Positions 24,607 to 40,593 of a DNA stretch of 64,000 bases are shown here, piece by piece. A model generated the notes under the pieces. The model was not told the origin of the DNA and did no database searches. It was given only the letters and a program-made list of their open reading frames with translations. The translations under genes were made by a program, and so were the position numbers. Positions within the stretch are counted from its first letter, which is position 1; each line of letters starts with the position of its first letter. This stretch comes from Macrostomum lignano (taxonomy: Eukaryota). Where the stretch lies: positions 124,001 to 188,000 of the forward strand of contig NIVC01000369.1 in NCBI GenBank assembly GCA_002269645.1. Reading direction: 5' to 3'.

Positions 24607-25610
24607 TACTTTGAGGATGTGACACTTTCAGGATGTGACACTGAGGATGTAACACTTTAAGGATGCGACGCTTTGAATATTTGATACTGAGGATGTGCCA
24701 CTTTGAGGATGTGACACTTTGAAGATGTGACACTTTGAGAATGTGACACTTTGAGGATGTGACACTTCGAAGATGTGACACTTTGAGAATGTGACACTTT
24801 GAGGATGTGACACTTTGAGGATGTGACACTTTGAGGATGTGATACTTTGAGGATGTGACACTTTGAGGATGTGACACAAAGGATGTGACACTTTCAGGAT
24901 GTCACACAAAGGATGTGACACTTTGAGGATGTGACACTTTGAGGATGTGGCACTTTGAGGATGTGCCACTTTGAGGATGTGCCACTTTGAGGATGTGGCA
25001 CTTTGAGGATGTGCCACTTTGAGGATGTGCCACTTTGAGGATGTGCCACTTTGAGGATGTGCCACTTTGAGGATGTGCCACTTTGAGGATGTGCCACTTT
25101 GAGGATGTGGCACTTTGAGGATGTGCCACTTTGAGGATGTGCCACTTTGAGGATGTGCCACTTTGAGGATGTGCCACTTTGAGGATGTGCCACTTTGAGG
25201 ATGTGCCACTTTGAGGATGTGCCACTTTGAGGATGTGACATTTTGAGGATGTGAGCCTTTGAGAATGTGAGTTTTTGAGAATGTGACACTTTGAGGACGT
25301 GACACTTTAAGGATGTCACACTTTAAGAATGTGACACTTTGAGGATGTGACACTGAGAATGTGACGCTTTGAAGACTTGATACCGAAGATTTGACACTTT
25401 GAGGATGTGGCACTTTGAGGGTGTGACACTTTGAGGATGTGATACTTTGAGGATGTGATACTGAAGATGTGACACTTTAGGTATGTGGCACTTTGAGGAT
25501 ATGGCACTTTGAGGATGTGACACTTTGAGGATGTGACACTTTGACGATGTCACACTTTGAGAATGTAACACTTTGAGGATGTCACACTTTGAGGATGTTA
25601 CAGTACGAAT
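24607..25610. repeat. 16-bp minisatellite (GAGGATGTGMCACTTT)n
   Basis: About 60 units, with a homogeneous centre and diverged edges. Confidence 0.95.
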
Positions 25611-25759
25611 GTAGTTTAAAAGGTCAAATGTGTTGCACTCTGAGAAGCCTACAATTTGAGGAATTAGCATTTCGAACCATAAATTATTTTTTACCAACAT
25701 AAGTGAGCGACATCTTACCTCTTTTAGTTTTTATTTTCTCTCGCCATAATTTTTGTACT

Positions 25760-25923
25760 CTAGACTCGAACAGCAGAGCTTTTGTTAGCCTTCGCGTCAG
25801 AGTAAAGCTCGCGCAGTTGCATTTCCTCATGCTCATTGGCTGATGGAGGTCTGACGGATTGGCTGCACATGGTTCCGTTGGCGGCCTGTTCCCGATTGTT
25901 CCTGCCAACCTGACGACTTCCGC
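25760..25923 (-). CDS. TRHR: TRH-receptor-like GPCR, exon 3 (C-terminal tail)
   Basis: Acceptor TTTTTTTCTCATCCGACAG|GC. Phase 1 matches the exon-2 donor and gives CGSRQVGRNNRE...SSAVRV* (2+162 nt). Confidence 0.65.
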
Positions 25924-27725
25924 CTGTCGGATGAGAAAAAAATCCATCTTCTAATGCTAATAAATGTACGAGAAATTATGTCTGCAATTTGTAACCTATA
26001 AAGGGGTATCAGTTCACTGGGAATGCCTCTGCTTTATCTGCAACACTTCTGTTCCTTTGACTGATTTTATCCGTAACACTCGAGTTTCTGGTTATAAAAC
26101 ATCCTTGGCAAGGAATGTCTTCATCAATTTTTTTGCTACTCGTAAATTGGTAGGTTTGTGTTGCTTTTGGCGCTGCAGGCAAAAGCAGACTCGTAATTTC
26201 CAACAAAATGTCAACCCCTAAGCAACCCGGAACAGGCATACATGCTCATATAAGGTGTACACTCATGAAAAGGCAAGACGAACCACAACACTCTAAGTTC
26301 AGCTTTAAGTGAAGTGGTTTTAAAGTGTGTTTGGTGTACATCCGTGATGCACTAGATTTTTTTTTCGTATGAATCTGTCAATTGGCACATTTTCGTTGGT
26401 GATGAGCTGTCATAATAATCAATTATTTCTAAGAGACATTGATAGAAATCAATCAGTTTAAAAACGTAAGGTATTTCTATTTATACATAAACGCTCGCTA
26501 TGCAGTCACTAGATACGGGTTCATTAACGCTCCGTGAATTCACAATCAACGATATAGGCATGCTTTTAAGACTCTCCCTGGCTCCCCTGACTGCATTCAG
26601 TTAGCGACTGATGAGAGTCCCACGCGCCTTGCAGCTATTCAATAAATCGTTTCAATTCTGCAAGACTACTTGCAGTTGAAATTTCAGAGGGGTATTGAAC
26701 ATTTTTAGCGATCCTTTCTACTGCTGTGATTATTTTTTTTTAAAAAGTCACAGCCGTTGAAGTGCGACAATGGCAAGTGGATTCGATGAATGAGAAGGCT
26801 CGCACTATTTTTTTAAGACAGCTAGCTCGTACGCATTGCTAACCATTTAAACTAGAAGCTTTTTACTGTTTATGGCAGTCGGGTGAGAAGCCACGCCCGT
26901 GTACAGCATTTTCCAGCCTAGTTAAACGCCCCCGCAGTGACACAGACGTTGCGATCATCGACAAATGAAAAATTAAAAGCTTTGTCTCTTTTGCACAGCT
27001 GAATCAAATCAATGGTATATTAACGTTATACTCCCCATTTATCTAGTCTCTCTCGGACTTGAAATGTAACCGTGAGATTACGTTAAATAGGTCTGGAGCA
27101 CAGAATACCACAGAATGCTCATTCTGCTACCCTGAAGAAAAAAATCTCAACGCGAAAATGATTTTTGTTTTGTGCTACTCTTCCTGTGAAGCTGTGGGAA
27201 AGTACGAGGGAGAAGAATCACCATAGACGATAGACGATAGAAGAGTAGCACATATGGTGCTTTAATTCGATACGTATTCTACTAGTCGAATGAGCATTCT
27301 GTGGTATTCTGTGTTCTGGAATGGACAGATGCCTGCAGTGTATGCAGAGAACAGAATAACAAAGACGAATCAAGAAGGGTTGAAAGACATTAATTAACAG
27401 GCAACGAAAATTCTGAGAGCGTAACGATTCATTGTTTCTTGCTGCAATGCTAGGCACCCAGGTTCATAGATTCCTCGCACTCAAATTTAGATTAGCCTGG
27501 GGACTGTGTAGTTTTCGAAAATAAGGGCCAACGCGGCCAAATGTCGCAAATTGTCACCAAGTGCCTCGTCGGTTCAACCGAACTCTTGCGACGTCAGGAT
27601 GGCTTGAAAGTTGATGTACGTTTACTCACAGGCTTAGAGGTACGTTTATTGGTACGTTTACCAGACAATAGTGTCCTTGTAGTCTGTTCAAATTAATAGT
27701 TAAAAAGCGTCATAAATAGACTCAC

Positions 27726-27957
27726 ACAGGCAGGTAAGAAGACGCTTAAATTCGCGACGAAATTTCACGGACATCGCGTTGTAGATAATTGGATTTATTG
27801 TAGAATTGACGAAGATGAGGCTACGGCTGATGGCCACGTACCACTCGGAGGCGATACGGCGGGTCCTGGGGGCGAAGCTGTTGTACACCACCATGAAGCG
27901 GTACGGCAGCCACAGGACTGCGAACATCACCACGACAACGAACAGCATCTTCACAAC
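27726..27957 (-). CDS. TRHR: TRH-receptor-like GPCR, exon 2 (TM6-TM7-H8)
   Basis: VVKMLFVVVVMFAVLWLPYR...NSTINPIIYNAMSVKFRREF matches vertebrate TRHR [20 protein letters not shown]...NSAINPVIYNLMSQKFR (recalled from memory). Acceptor CTCGCAG|, donor T|GTGAGT. Confidence 0.92.
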
Positions 27958-28092
27958 CTGCGAGAGGATTATGGAAATCATCTGTTAATAGGGAATGTTA
28001 AGGTTGCATGATAAAAGAAAAAAATCTAGTGCTGCCCTTGGCACACAAAAAATGTAAGATTAAACAAATGGAAGTGTTTTAGTGGTTTTCAA

Positions 28093-28987
28093 TAGGTCGA
28101 AATTTCACAATATCGAAAACTCTAGCAGAAGACTTCATAAGGTCGAAATTTCACAACATCGAAAACTCTAGCAGAAGACTTCATAAGGTCGAAATTTCAC
28201 AACATCGAAAACTCTAGCAGAAGATTTCATAAGGTCGAAATTTCACAACATCGAAAACTCTAGCAGAAGACTTAATAATTGTAAGCCTTCGAGGCTTTTC
28301 CCTATTCTATTGTTGTTTAGTAGGCCTATATATGTTGTTGGTGTTTTTCTGTTTGTCACTTAGTCTAATTTATCCTAACCAGTCATTGCCAAAGTTATAG
28401 GGCTTTTTTCTCTTTTCAAAGTTTTTCTCTTTCCCCTAAATTTATCCTACTTCTGATACCAAATTTTAGGTGCTTTTTACTGCTCTATTCCAAAATGCTT
28501 CCCAACTATCTAGCTAAACTTACAGCTTATGTAAACTAACCCATCGTCCCAGTAGTCATAAGACACTTACCAGGTAGCAGAGCACTCAGCACTCCTTGAC
28601 GTTGAACTACTTAAAGAAGAGGTGATTAAAAACTTCTCTGAACCAAAGCTATTAAAACAAAAAATAATAATATAAACATTGACACAATAAAGACTTTAGT
28701 TTTCTACATTGTAAAATTTTGATCTTATGAAAGTGGCTGCTATTTGAGTTTTCGACCTTGTGAAAGTGGCTGCTTTTCGAGTTTTCGATGTTGTGAAATT
28801 TCGACTTTATGAAGTCTCTTGCTAAAGTTTTCGATGTTGTGAAATTTCGACCTTGTGAAATTTCGACCTTATGAAAGTGGCTGCTTTTCGAGTTTTCGAT
28901 GTTATGAAATTTCGACCTTGTGAAATTTCGACCTTATGAAAGAGGGTGCTTTCGACGTTGTGAAATTTCGAGTTTGTGAAACCCCCC
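28093..28987. mobile_element. Foldback-type element remnant with inverted arrays of a ~46-bp subterminal repeat
   Basis: Four copies of GGTCGAAATTTCACAACATCGAAAACTC... at 28093-28272, and reverse-complement copies at ~28725-28987 ending in a C-run. Confidence 0.6.
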
Positions 28988-30270
28988 GCTCTTATCTTGA
29001 TATGGCCTTTATCTTGACGTGAGGCTCTTATCTTGATTTGTGGCGCCGTTATTTAAAAAACAATGTGACTGGCTCTCATTTTCATGCATGACCAGTTTAA
29101 GAAATCTCATTCAGCCCCGTTCGACTAAAATGATGCCAATCAACTTTTTGCCTAGACCTCTTCTCCATTTTACTCTCAATGAGGTTGATTATTAGTGAAG
29201 TCTTTTGTAAACCTTTTTTTCAAATGCTAAGAATCAAGATTGAATGTCCGTGCGCAGAAACGATATGCCCTTTCTTATAGCACGATTTCGACTGAGCAAT
29301 TTTTTGGGGGGGGGGATTTAACTATACACCGAGAGAAAGAGAGAAAGACAGAGGGAAAAGGAAAAGCATTCTCCCAATTTTAATTGCTGTCTCAACGTCG
29401 TTTAAGGGGACTCTGGCTCGAGCTTGAAGAAGAATCCACGCAGCGACGCGTTCGCACAGAAGTGCCTGCCAACTGCACGCAGTCTTCCGTACCACTCAAG
29501 ATTTCCAAAAATCAAAGAGCGAGCCCCCGAGGGTTCAAAAGAGATTGACAAAGCGCAAAGGCGTAAAAGCGTGGACGGCTATGATTAAAGCATGGACAAC
29601 TAAGGACGTTCTACCCTTGGAAATCGTGCAAAGACCTCTGGAGGAAGAGGTTTTGCTGCAAATGTCAGCATCAACAACTTCAGCATGAACAAAGTTCAGC
29701 TGTTCCTGTCTCTTCAGCGCATTTTCCCGACGGCATCTGTTGTCTATGGTTAAACCCATGCAAAACGGTAAATCTATGTAGATTTTCCGCTCTCTACACG
29801 TAAAAACTAAAAAAATTGTCCAAGTCTCATTGCCTGAACTTCTTAGATCAACCTATGAAAAAAAGAAGAAAGCAGAAAAAAACGAATGTTCATTAAACTG
29901 TTTTCAAGGTATTTTCAGGTATAGCGACTCATTTTTTAGCAATCTCCTTGCTTAGACTCAAGTCGAGAGTTGTATAGGAGGAGCTCGAAAAGAAATTCTC
30001 ATCACAGAACTGGAGCTTCTCAAGAGCTTTTTACTGCTCAAGGCCTTTCTTTCTACTCTGATCTCTCACTCTAGGCTTCACTATACTCGTATACTTCCCT
30101 CAACACTTTCCAGATATTAACTTAGAACTGACTTCCTTCAGCATCTAAAATGTATAATATTATATTTAGTGATATACAGTAGTTTCCATATATAATAGGT
30201 ACGTAACTCCTTGCAGCCATAAAGCATTTTTATTATTCAAATTTCTCCAGTCATAAAATCGACGGGTTGA

Positions 30271-30957
30271 CAAGGCTCACGGGGGTCTCTAAGATGCTAA
30301 GGCTCACGGGGGGAATCTCTGAGATGCTAAGGCTCACGGATTCTCTGAGATGCTAAGGCTCACGGGGGAATCTCTGAGATGCTAAGGCTCACGGATTCTC
30401 TGAGATGCTAAGGCTCACGGGGGGAATCTCTGAGATGCTAAGGCTCACGGGGGGGAATCTCTGAGATGCTAAGGCTCACGGATTCTCTGAGATGCTAAGG
30501 CTCACAGATTCTCTGAGATGCCAAGGCTCACGGGGGGAATCTCTGAGATGCTAAGGCTCACGGATTCTCTGAGATGCCAAGGCTCATGAAGGGGAGTCTC
30601 TGAGATGCCAAGGCTCATGAAGGGGAATCTCTGAGATGCCAAGGCTCATGAAGGGGAATCTCTGAGATGCCAAGGCTCATGAAGGGGAGTCTCTGAGATG
30701 CCAAGGCTCATGAAGGGGAGTCTCTGAGATGCCAAGGCTCATGAAGGGGAGTCTCTGAGATGCCAAGGCTCATGAAGGGGAGTCTCTGAGATGCCAAGGC
30801 TCATGAAGGGGAGTCTCTGAGATGCCAAGGCTCATGAAGGGGAGTCTCTGAGATGCCAAGGCTCATGAAGGGGAATCTCTGAGATGCCAAGGCTCATGAA
30901 GGGGAATCTCTGAGATGCCAAGGCCCACAGGGGGAGTCTCTGAGATGCCAAGGCTCA
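30271..30957. repeat. ~25-30-bp minisatellite (CTCTGAGATGCYAAGGCTCA...GGGGART)n
   Basis: About 24 units, with a variant gradient from CTAAGGCTCACGG to CCAAGGCTCATGAAGG. Confidence 0.95.
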
Positions 30958-31443
30958 AATTGGGGGTTTTTGCATCATTCTTATATTAAAACTGAAAATC
31001 TTTACATCGGGGTAATAAATTCGTATATCTTACAGGGTGAAATAAACTATCAAAAGTGACTTTCAATGTCATGCCTTGATTTCTTGGTCGCTTATTCAAC
31101 TGCTGCAAGCGATCGATAAGTTATCGATCGAGTTTTTACTGGGCTACAAAAGTACAAGGGTGTACTATACACTGAGACAGTTCAATGAAAACAACAACAA
31201 AACAACGCTTTCCAGTACAATTCTTGTCTTTCTATTCGAAAGGAAGAGCTATGACAGCTTTGCCCACGAATAACATTGCAGTTGAAATTTTTATAACCAA
31301 ACTGATTGTTTCCATGGTTACTGAAAAAATCTTTTCTTTTATTGTCTCATCTGATTACTGTCTGCGTCCGCTGTTTCTGCTTTTCAAAACAATCTGCCCC
31401 AGCTGAGCAAAACATTTTGAGCAACAAAACGGATAAACAGGGT

Positions 31444-31611
31444 TGACTGACTGACTGACTGACTGACTGACTGACTGACTGACTGACTGACTGACTGACT
31501 GACTGACTGACTGACTGACTGACTGACTGACTGACTGACTGACTGACTGACTGACTGACTGACCTGACTGACTGACTGACTGACTGACTGACTGACTGAC
31601 TGACTGACTGA
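31444..31611. repeat. (GACT)n microsatellite
   Basis: About 42 units. Confidence 0.98.
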
Positions 31612-32211
31612 AGTCAATACAGATTACTGTACAGTACCTTGGCATGAGCAGGAGAATCATAACCTAGGCATCAAGTGCTCGGCCATGTTCGACATTTCGA
31701 ATGCTCGGCTCAGGTTTTAGCTTTCATAGAGCTAGAGGTTTTTTTGGCAAACTTCGCTGCTCAAGCAATCCGTTTCTCAGGGAGGGCACTTCAGGAAAAA
31801 CTGAGAGATGGATAGCCAGTTAGTTGGCCAGCCTGAGAGAGTTCATGCCGAGGCAGGAAAAACATTTTGTCTTCTGCAGAAGAGAGATGCAGGGAGGCCC
31901 AGCTGCAGAGGCCGAGTCTTCAGCGCGTCAATCTTCATCGCCAGGCTGCAGCTGCGAGTGTAGCAGAGGATTTAGAGAACTGAGCTTATCCTTCTCCCAG
32001 CACTCGAGGGATAGGGAAATTCAACCTTCAAATGTTTCTTTCATATTTCTCTTCCAAATTTCGAAATAGCCAACTGTCACGTGGTAGCGGAGTGGTTTGT
32101 TTCCCGTTGAGTACTTCCGCAGCACCTGTCAAAATAAACTCATTCCATGCGTCATTGGGTGACTCGGGCATTGTTGATTGATGTGCCTGTGGTTCAAGTC
32201 TGTGCGGCATT

Positions 32212-32608
32212 GTCAGTCTGTCAGTCAGTCAGCCAGTCAGTCAGTCAGTCAGTCAGTCAGTCAGTCAGTCAGTCAGTCAGTCAGTCAGTCAGTCAGTCAG
32301 TCAGTCAGTCAGTCAGTCAGTCAGCCAGTCAGTCAGTCAGTCAGTCAGTCAGTCAGTCAGTCAGTCAGTCAGTCAGTCAGTCAGTCAGTCAGTCAGTCAG
32401 TCAGTCAGTCAGTCAGTCAGTCAGTCAGTCAGTCAGTCAGTCAGTCAGCCAGTCACTCAGTCAGTCAGTCAGTCAGTCGGTCAGTCAGTCAGTCAGTCAG
32501 TCAGTCAGTCAGTCAGTCAGTCAGTCAGTCAGTCAGTCAGTCATTCAGTCAGTCAGTCAGTCAGTCAGTCAGTCAGTCAGTCAGTCAGTCAGTCAGTCAG
32601 TCAGTCAG
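32212..32608. repeat. (TCAG)n microsatellite, reverse complement of the 31444 tract
   Basis: About 99 units. Confidence 0.98.
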
Positions 32609-33369
32609 AAAGTGCTCAGAAATTTATGAAATTCACCGCCTAAATGAGAATTTACACGCAGATTCGAGGCTGGTGAGTCAGCCTGGCTCTGCCAGGTGGG
32701 ACTGTAAGCTGATGAGGAAAGCTCCACTCCTGATCCGCAGCTTAAGCGTAGAATTTCTTTCTTAGAAAGTTGAGCTTCTCTCTTCTTTGCGCTGACTAAA
32801 GGTTTTTCTTTAGTTGCAACATTATTGGAGATGTGAGGGATTAACTAAGGCTGGCTCTTGGGGATAGAAGTGTCTGAGGTCCAGATCCAGCTTTTCTGGG
32901 TAAGAGTGAGCCAAGCCTTTTAATAGTTACACCAGTAGATGGGAGTGGACAATGAGAAGGGGAGGAGTAGAGAAGGAGAGAAGGGGAGAGTGGAGAAGGA
33001 GAGATGTCATGATATATCTGATTACACGGGCAGTCACCATTGTAAACAGGGGGGGGGGAATTCCGGTGAACAGGGCATTAAACCGCGCTCATCCCCACAG
33101 ATAATGAAAGTCCGGAATTAAGAATTTCGAGGAATTAGGGCAAGGGCTAATTGAAATTCACTTCTAGGCGTGGTTTATTCTGTTCCCATCAAGTAGCCAT
33201 TTGTTTACCTTATTTTCTGATGAACTAGGATTTTCTGATGAAATAGGATTTTGTGTTGAGAAATTTCTGATGAGCCACAGAGTCTTTTGAGGCGGCCAAC
33301 CAAATCCTCGATTAATTGCCTTCAAATCCGGCTCAGCTGCATTCCAGAGCTGCCGGCATAGCAACTGTC

Positions 33370-34094
<725 letters not shown>

Positions 34095-35144
34095 GCCAAT
34101 ATCCTGTGCGTGGAACACAGTCCAGTCATTATCTGGATTTATATCGCTGCTACTCAACCCAACTGAACCAAACGCTCTGGGACCTGTAGTCGGGATTCAC
34201 TGCGGTAGGTGGTGTGTTTTCTATTTCCTCCACCTGCATTTCCAAAGCGAGCTAAGCGGGATTGCCTCTCTTAGGGACAGTCATTTCTCGTTCCAGCCAA
34301 GCCCGCCCGTTTTCCCACTCACTCGGGACCGAGACAGCTCACTTTGCCTCGCTTGTCTCACCTCCCTCCAGCTCACTCAATGCCTCGCTTTGCAATCTAT
34401 TTTTCTTTACCAAGGCCTGCTTGCCTTCCCTAGCGGCAAAATAATTAATGGACTTTGTGCGTTTTTTAACCGTGGCCATTTTTCACTTTGTTCCTATTCG
34501 AATAATTCAATTATTGGTTGGCGATATGTCTCGTATAACTTCAATAGCCTATATTCAACTGGAACCCTGGTACTCCAACAGGGCCTTAGGCAGGGTAGTT
34601 GCTATGGGGAACTGCTAAAATTGGAAACAGGAGCGCCTAATCAAGGTCAGGCGCAACGCCTTCGGCGACAACGTCCCACAGGCCCTCATGAGGGTGTACA
34701 GTACGGTTCGAGAGTAAACTAATAAAGCTGATTGTCGCTTTTCTTTGATGCTTTAATATCAATTCTATGAAGCATTCGATTCTTCCTTACTTACACATTG
34801 GTAGCCTTACAATCAATGAAAATGGTTCCTTTATTTAAGCTTATTTACGAGTCTGTCTATATTACAGCGATACATTGTGAAGCTTGTAGTTGTGCAAAAT
34901 CGTTCGCTTCATTGCATTCCTTCTGTCCCATCGCGTGTACCCAACTGACTAACAGGGTGCATTAGCAAAATGTTGCTCATGAAAGCGCCAATACACACGC
35001 CTAATCCATCCGGCTTAGGTGGCCTCCCGATCTCGCCAGCTCAGCGTATCATTAAAAAGCTTTTTTTATTTTATTTCTTTAGATTAATGGAACTTAGTCA
35101 GTCGTGTGAAAATGATTACTGAGTAGTTGTATGTGTTGACTCGC

Positions 35145-35921
35145 CTGAATTCGACTCTGCAGAGCTCGCGTAGCGTTCGAAGTCCTCAACGGTTCGGAGC
35201 CCTGACAGGTGCTCGAGGAGCGGAACAGGACCCTGGCAATGGCTGAGTACAGAACCGACAGCAGTACCAGCGGAATGAAGTAGAACAGCGCCAGGTCGCC
35301 CAGGTACAGAGACATGTAGGCCCGGCTGCTTCTATCCAGCTTGTGACCGCACCGTTCAATGGTGACATTGGTGTCAGCCACGGGTTTAGGCAGCAGAGTG
35401 GCCAGGTAGAACCAGGGTGAATTGTACAGCAGGCCGAATATCCAGATTCCAGCAATGATTCTCTTGGCCCGTTTCACCGTGCAGGCAGTCTGAGCAGTGA
35501 TGGGGTAGCAGATGGCTACGAATCGTTCCACGGAGAAGGCCGTAATGGAAAAGGCCGACGTGTTGACTCCGACGTAGGACAGATAGACAGAAATCTTGCA
35601 CCCGATGATGCCGCACAGAACCCAACGATCTCTTGTAACATTTAGCTCGGAAATCATGGTAGCAACGCCCACAACTAGGGCTATGAGATCGGCTAGCGAT
35701 AGGGACACGAGGTAGCAGTTAGTTGGCGTCAGCATCCGAACTCGAGCTGTGGCCACAACTACAATTACCAGAATGTTGCCGAATACACCGATGCAGAGTA
35801 GCAGCAGGCAGAGGCTGGAGATGGTGGCTCTCAGAGGTACTGGGTAGTACAGTTGATCGTAGGTCAGGTTCCATTCCTGATGGGCCGACAGAAGCTCGTC
35901 TATTGACAGCGGAGAGTCCAT
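35145..35921 (-). CDS. TRHR: TRH-receptor-like GPCR, first coding exon seen (TM1-TM5, ICL3)
   Basis: GNILVI, TPTNCYLVSLSLADL, SITAFSVERFVAICYP, RAKRIIAGIWIFGLLYNSPW and YFIPL are TRHR-type motifs. 777 nt from the ATG at 35921 to a CAG|GCGAGT donor. An upstream acceptor at ~35947 implies a further 5' exon. Spliced product ~390 aa. Confidence 0.93.
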
Positions 35922-36775
35922 GCCTGCTTGGGCCAACGAGTCAGGACCTGTAGAGCATGGGAAGAGAGTGAACTGGAGTGGTTGTATGGGATAAAAAGCA
36001 GTGAGGATAAGACGAAAACGGGGTTTTTATAACCAATTTTCAGCAGCCAATAGGAAAGCGTCATGGAACTGTTTTTTCAGCGAACTGGATCACAAAGATG
36101 GGAAAACTATAGACATCCTATAGCCAATCCGTCTGCATTTTCATGTGTTGGTTAACATGTGGTTGGTAAGCAAAACTCCAGCCAAAATTAGAATATTTAT
36201 TATCTTTGTTCAACTTGTACTGTAGATGAATCTCAAACAAAGAACAAAACTGCTTCACTTTTGCCACAATATCTTGCACTAAAACTGCTGAAACTAGTCA
36301 TGAAGGTAAATTTTTTGACAAAACATGCAGTCAAGTTAGAATGAGCAAAGTGGCTTGGGAAACAGGAAAAACAAATCAATACATGCATACGAGCGTACTG
36401 AACTTACTTGCTGACAGGTGGACTTCAGACTTCGATTCACTTCGCGAAATCGTTGAGAAAAACTTTAGAACCACTTCAAAAAAGGCAAAAAAGCAGAAAA
36501 TTCCAGACAGAGAGAGTCCTCCCGAGCACTTAGGAGGGGCACGCATACAATTTCGAAGTGGGCAATACTCCACGCAACAGATTGCCTTAAGCGTTTGCTT
36601 AGTTTTAAAACAGAATGGACAGAGACTTAAAATAGAAAATGGGTTTTACAAAGAGCTTCATTCTTCATTGACTCTCTCGTCAGCTCAAAATCGTATGGAT
36701 AGATAGATATGAAATAAAAAGGATGCAAACTGGTGTGAGATCCACTGTTATGAGTACACGTCATATCAATAACTC

Positions 36776-38080
<1,305 letters not shown>

Positions 38081-38770
38081 CACACATACTATAGCTAAAC
38101 AATATGTTGAGCATTAAGGTTCCATTCGCGGTGCAAAATATGTTAACCAGTTAAAACAGTTGTGCCAGACAAATGAATTTCCTTCAAATATTTGTCTTAG
38201 ATGTGACGCTATCAGTGGTAGCCTAAAAGGAATAAATAAGAAATGAACTACAGGTGCTTTTACAGCGCCAGATCAGCTAATCTAATCTGCTCTTGTCACA
38301 GAACCTGTCAATTCCTCATCGGAGCCTTAGCCAGAAAAAAACTGCAAGATTGATTTTCGACAGTGCAACCCAAGCTCAAAGTGTGCTCTGTCTGCAGATT
38401 AAATCGAATTTAAGTAAATTTTTGGGCCGAACAGCGCAAAACCTATGCAATATGTCGAAAAATTGACTAACTAAGGCTTATGAGAAACTTAAGAATGATT
38501 GCCCAACCATGTGTGTTGAAAGAGAAAGCTCAAGCCTACTGCCTGCCTGTTGAAGGTTTCTATTAAAAGTTCGTCTATTGATTGAAGTCGCTTTATAGCT
38601 TGGGCAGACTGGCAGACCCAAAGAGCTGCCATTAAAAACTGTTTGCATTGAAAGTTTTCTTACCTTAAAGTGGCTGCCTGGCTTGATTGCTCTCTCTGTG
38701 TGGCTACTGTGTCTGACTTAGTAAAGAAAATGGGCAATAAAATTCGTTACTTTCTACTTGTTCAAGTAGA

Positions 38771-40014
38771 CTGAAGCTGAATTTTCTGCCTATCTGAAGC
38801 TGAATATTCTACCGATCTGAAGCTGAATATTCTGTCAATCTAAAGTTGAATATTCTGTCAATCTGAAGCTGAATATTCTGTCAATCTGAAGTTGAATATT
38901 CTGTCAATCTGAAGCTGAATATTCTGTCAATCTGAAGTTGAATATTCTGTCAATCTGAAGCTGAATATTCTGCCAATCTGATGCTGAATATTCTGCCAAT
39001 CTGAAGTTGAATATCCTGTCAATCTGAAGCTGAATATTCTGTCAATCTGAAGCTGAATATTCTGCCAATCTGATGCTGAATATTCTGCCAATCTGATGCT
39101 GAATATTCTGTCAATCTGAAGTTGAATATTCTGTCAATCTGAAGCTGAATATTCTGCCAATCTGAAGCTGAATATTCTGTCAATCTGAAGCTGAATATTC
39201 TGTCAATCTAAAGTTGAATATTCTGTCAATCTGAAGTTGAATATTCTGTCAATCTAAAGTTGAATATTCTACCTATCTGAAGCTGAATATTCTGTCAATC
39301 TGAAGCTGAATATTCTGCCAATCTGAAGCTGAATATTCTACCTATCTGAAGCTGAATTTTCTCCCTAACGTTCTCTGGGTTACTGGGTTAAGCTGAATAT
39401 TCTGCCTATTTGAAGCTGAATATTCTGAAGCTGAATATTCTGTCAATCTGAAGCTGAATATTCTGTCAATCTGAAGCTGAATATTCTGCCAATCTGAAGC
39501 TGAATATTCTGTCAATCTGAAGCTGAATATTCTGCCAATCTGAAGCTGAATATTCTACCTATCTGAAGCTGAATTTTCTCCCTAACGTTCTCTGGGTTAC
39601 TGGGTTAAGCTGAATATTCTGCCTATTTGAAGCTGAATATTCTGAAGCTGAATATTCTGCCGATCTGAAGCTGAATATTCTGTCGATCTGAAGCTGAATA
39701 TTCTGCCTATCTGAAGCTGAATATTCAGCCAATCTGAAGCTGAATATTCTGCCTATTTGAAGCTGAATATTCTGAAGCTGAATATTCTGCCGATCTGAAG
39801 CTGAATATTCTGCCTATCTGAAGCTGAATATTCAGCCAATCTGAAGCTGAATATTCAGCCAATCTGAAGCTGAATATTCTGCCTATCTGAAGCTGAATAT
39901 TCCACTTATCTGAAGCTGAATATTCTACCTATCTGAAGCTGAGTATTTTACCAATCTGAAGCTGAGTATTTTACCGATCTGAAGCTGAGTATTTTACCAA
40001 TCTGATGCTGAATA
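38771..40014. repeat. 23-bp minisatellite (CTGAAGCTGAATATTCTGTCAAT)n
   Basis: About 50 units, with a duplicated non-unit insert (CTCCCTAACGTTCTCTGGGTTACTGGG at ~39361 and ~39578). Confidence 0.95.
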
Positions 40015-40220
40015 CCTTCGCATAATGGACCCTAAAATAATTAATTCTATCTGAACATTTCCTAAAGAAGTTGATAAACAGAATGACTGGTGTAATTAAA
40101 TCGCAAAATATTTATTTGTTGTTCAAGCAATCTGAATAATCTTTTTTTTATTAAAACTGATAGCAAATTCTAACAAAAATTCTGAATATTTATTCAATTT
40201 CTAAAATTCAAATTAGTATA

Positions 40221-40446
40221 TCACTTGTCAACTGCCAGAAGTTTACTGACATCTGTATGGTTTAGTAGCTGAGGTGTGTCGCAAGTTAGGGCTGATGCAA
40301 CAGTTTCAGAAATTGGGTCGCTCAGCTGGTGCAGCAGACCCACTGCGACCCGAAGACCATGGCATACCAGTCGATATCTCCAGTAAGCATTTGTAGCATG
40401 CCAGAAATGATTTGCGGCCTCCCGTAGACTCACTGCCAATGCTGGG
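40221..40446 (-). CDS. Orphan helical protein, last exon
   Basis: Acceptor GTATTTCAG|C. Phase 2 matches the upstream donor and gives CPALAVSLREAANHFWHATNAYWRYRLVCHGLRVAVGLLHQL...VDK*. Confidence 0.65.
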
Positions 40447-40593
40447 CTGAAATACAGTGTTGGTTGATCGAATGTGTCTACTAGGCGTGTCCGGGAAGTT
40501 CAGACATTTCTTTAATCCAAGGAGCAAAAATGGAAACTGCTACAAATTAAACTTGGATGTGCAACCGACAGCTCAGCCGCAGCTATTGCGCGG

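Noticed and set aside
28093-28272. 46-bp direct repeats resembling a CRISPR array
   Set aside because: Head-to-tail with no unique spacers, no cas genes, eukaryotic context. The same applies to all other tandem arrays here.
34570-34620. GLRQG motif suggesting a LINE reverse transcriptase
   Set aside because: The surrounding residues lack other RT motifs; likely chance.
36341-36706. 121-aa plus-strand ORF
   Set aside because: No recognisable domain or splice support; possibly a decayed retroelement.
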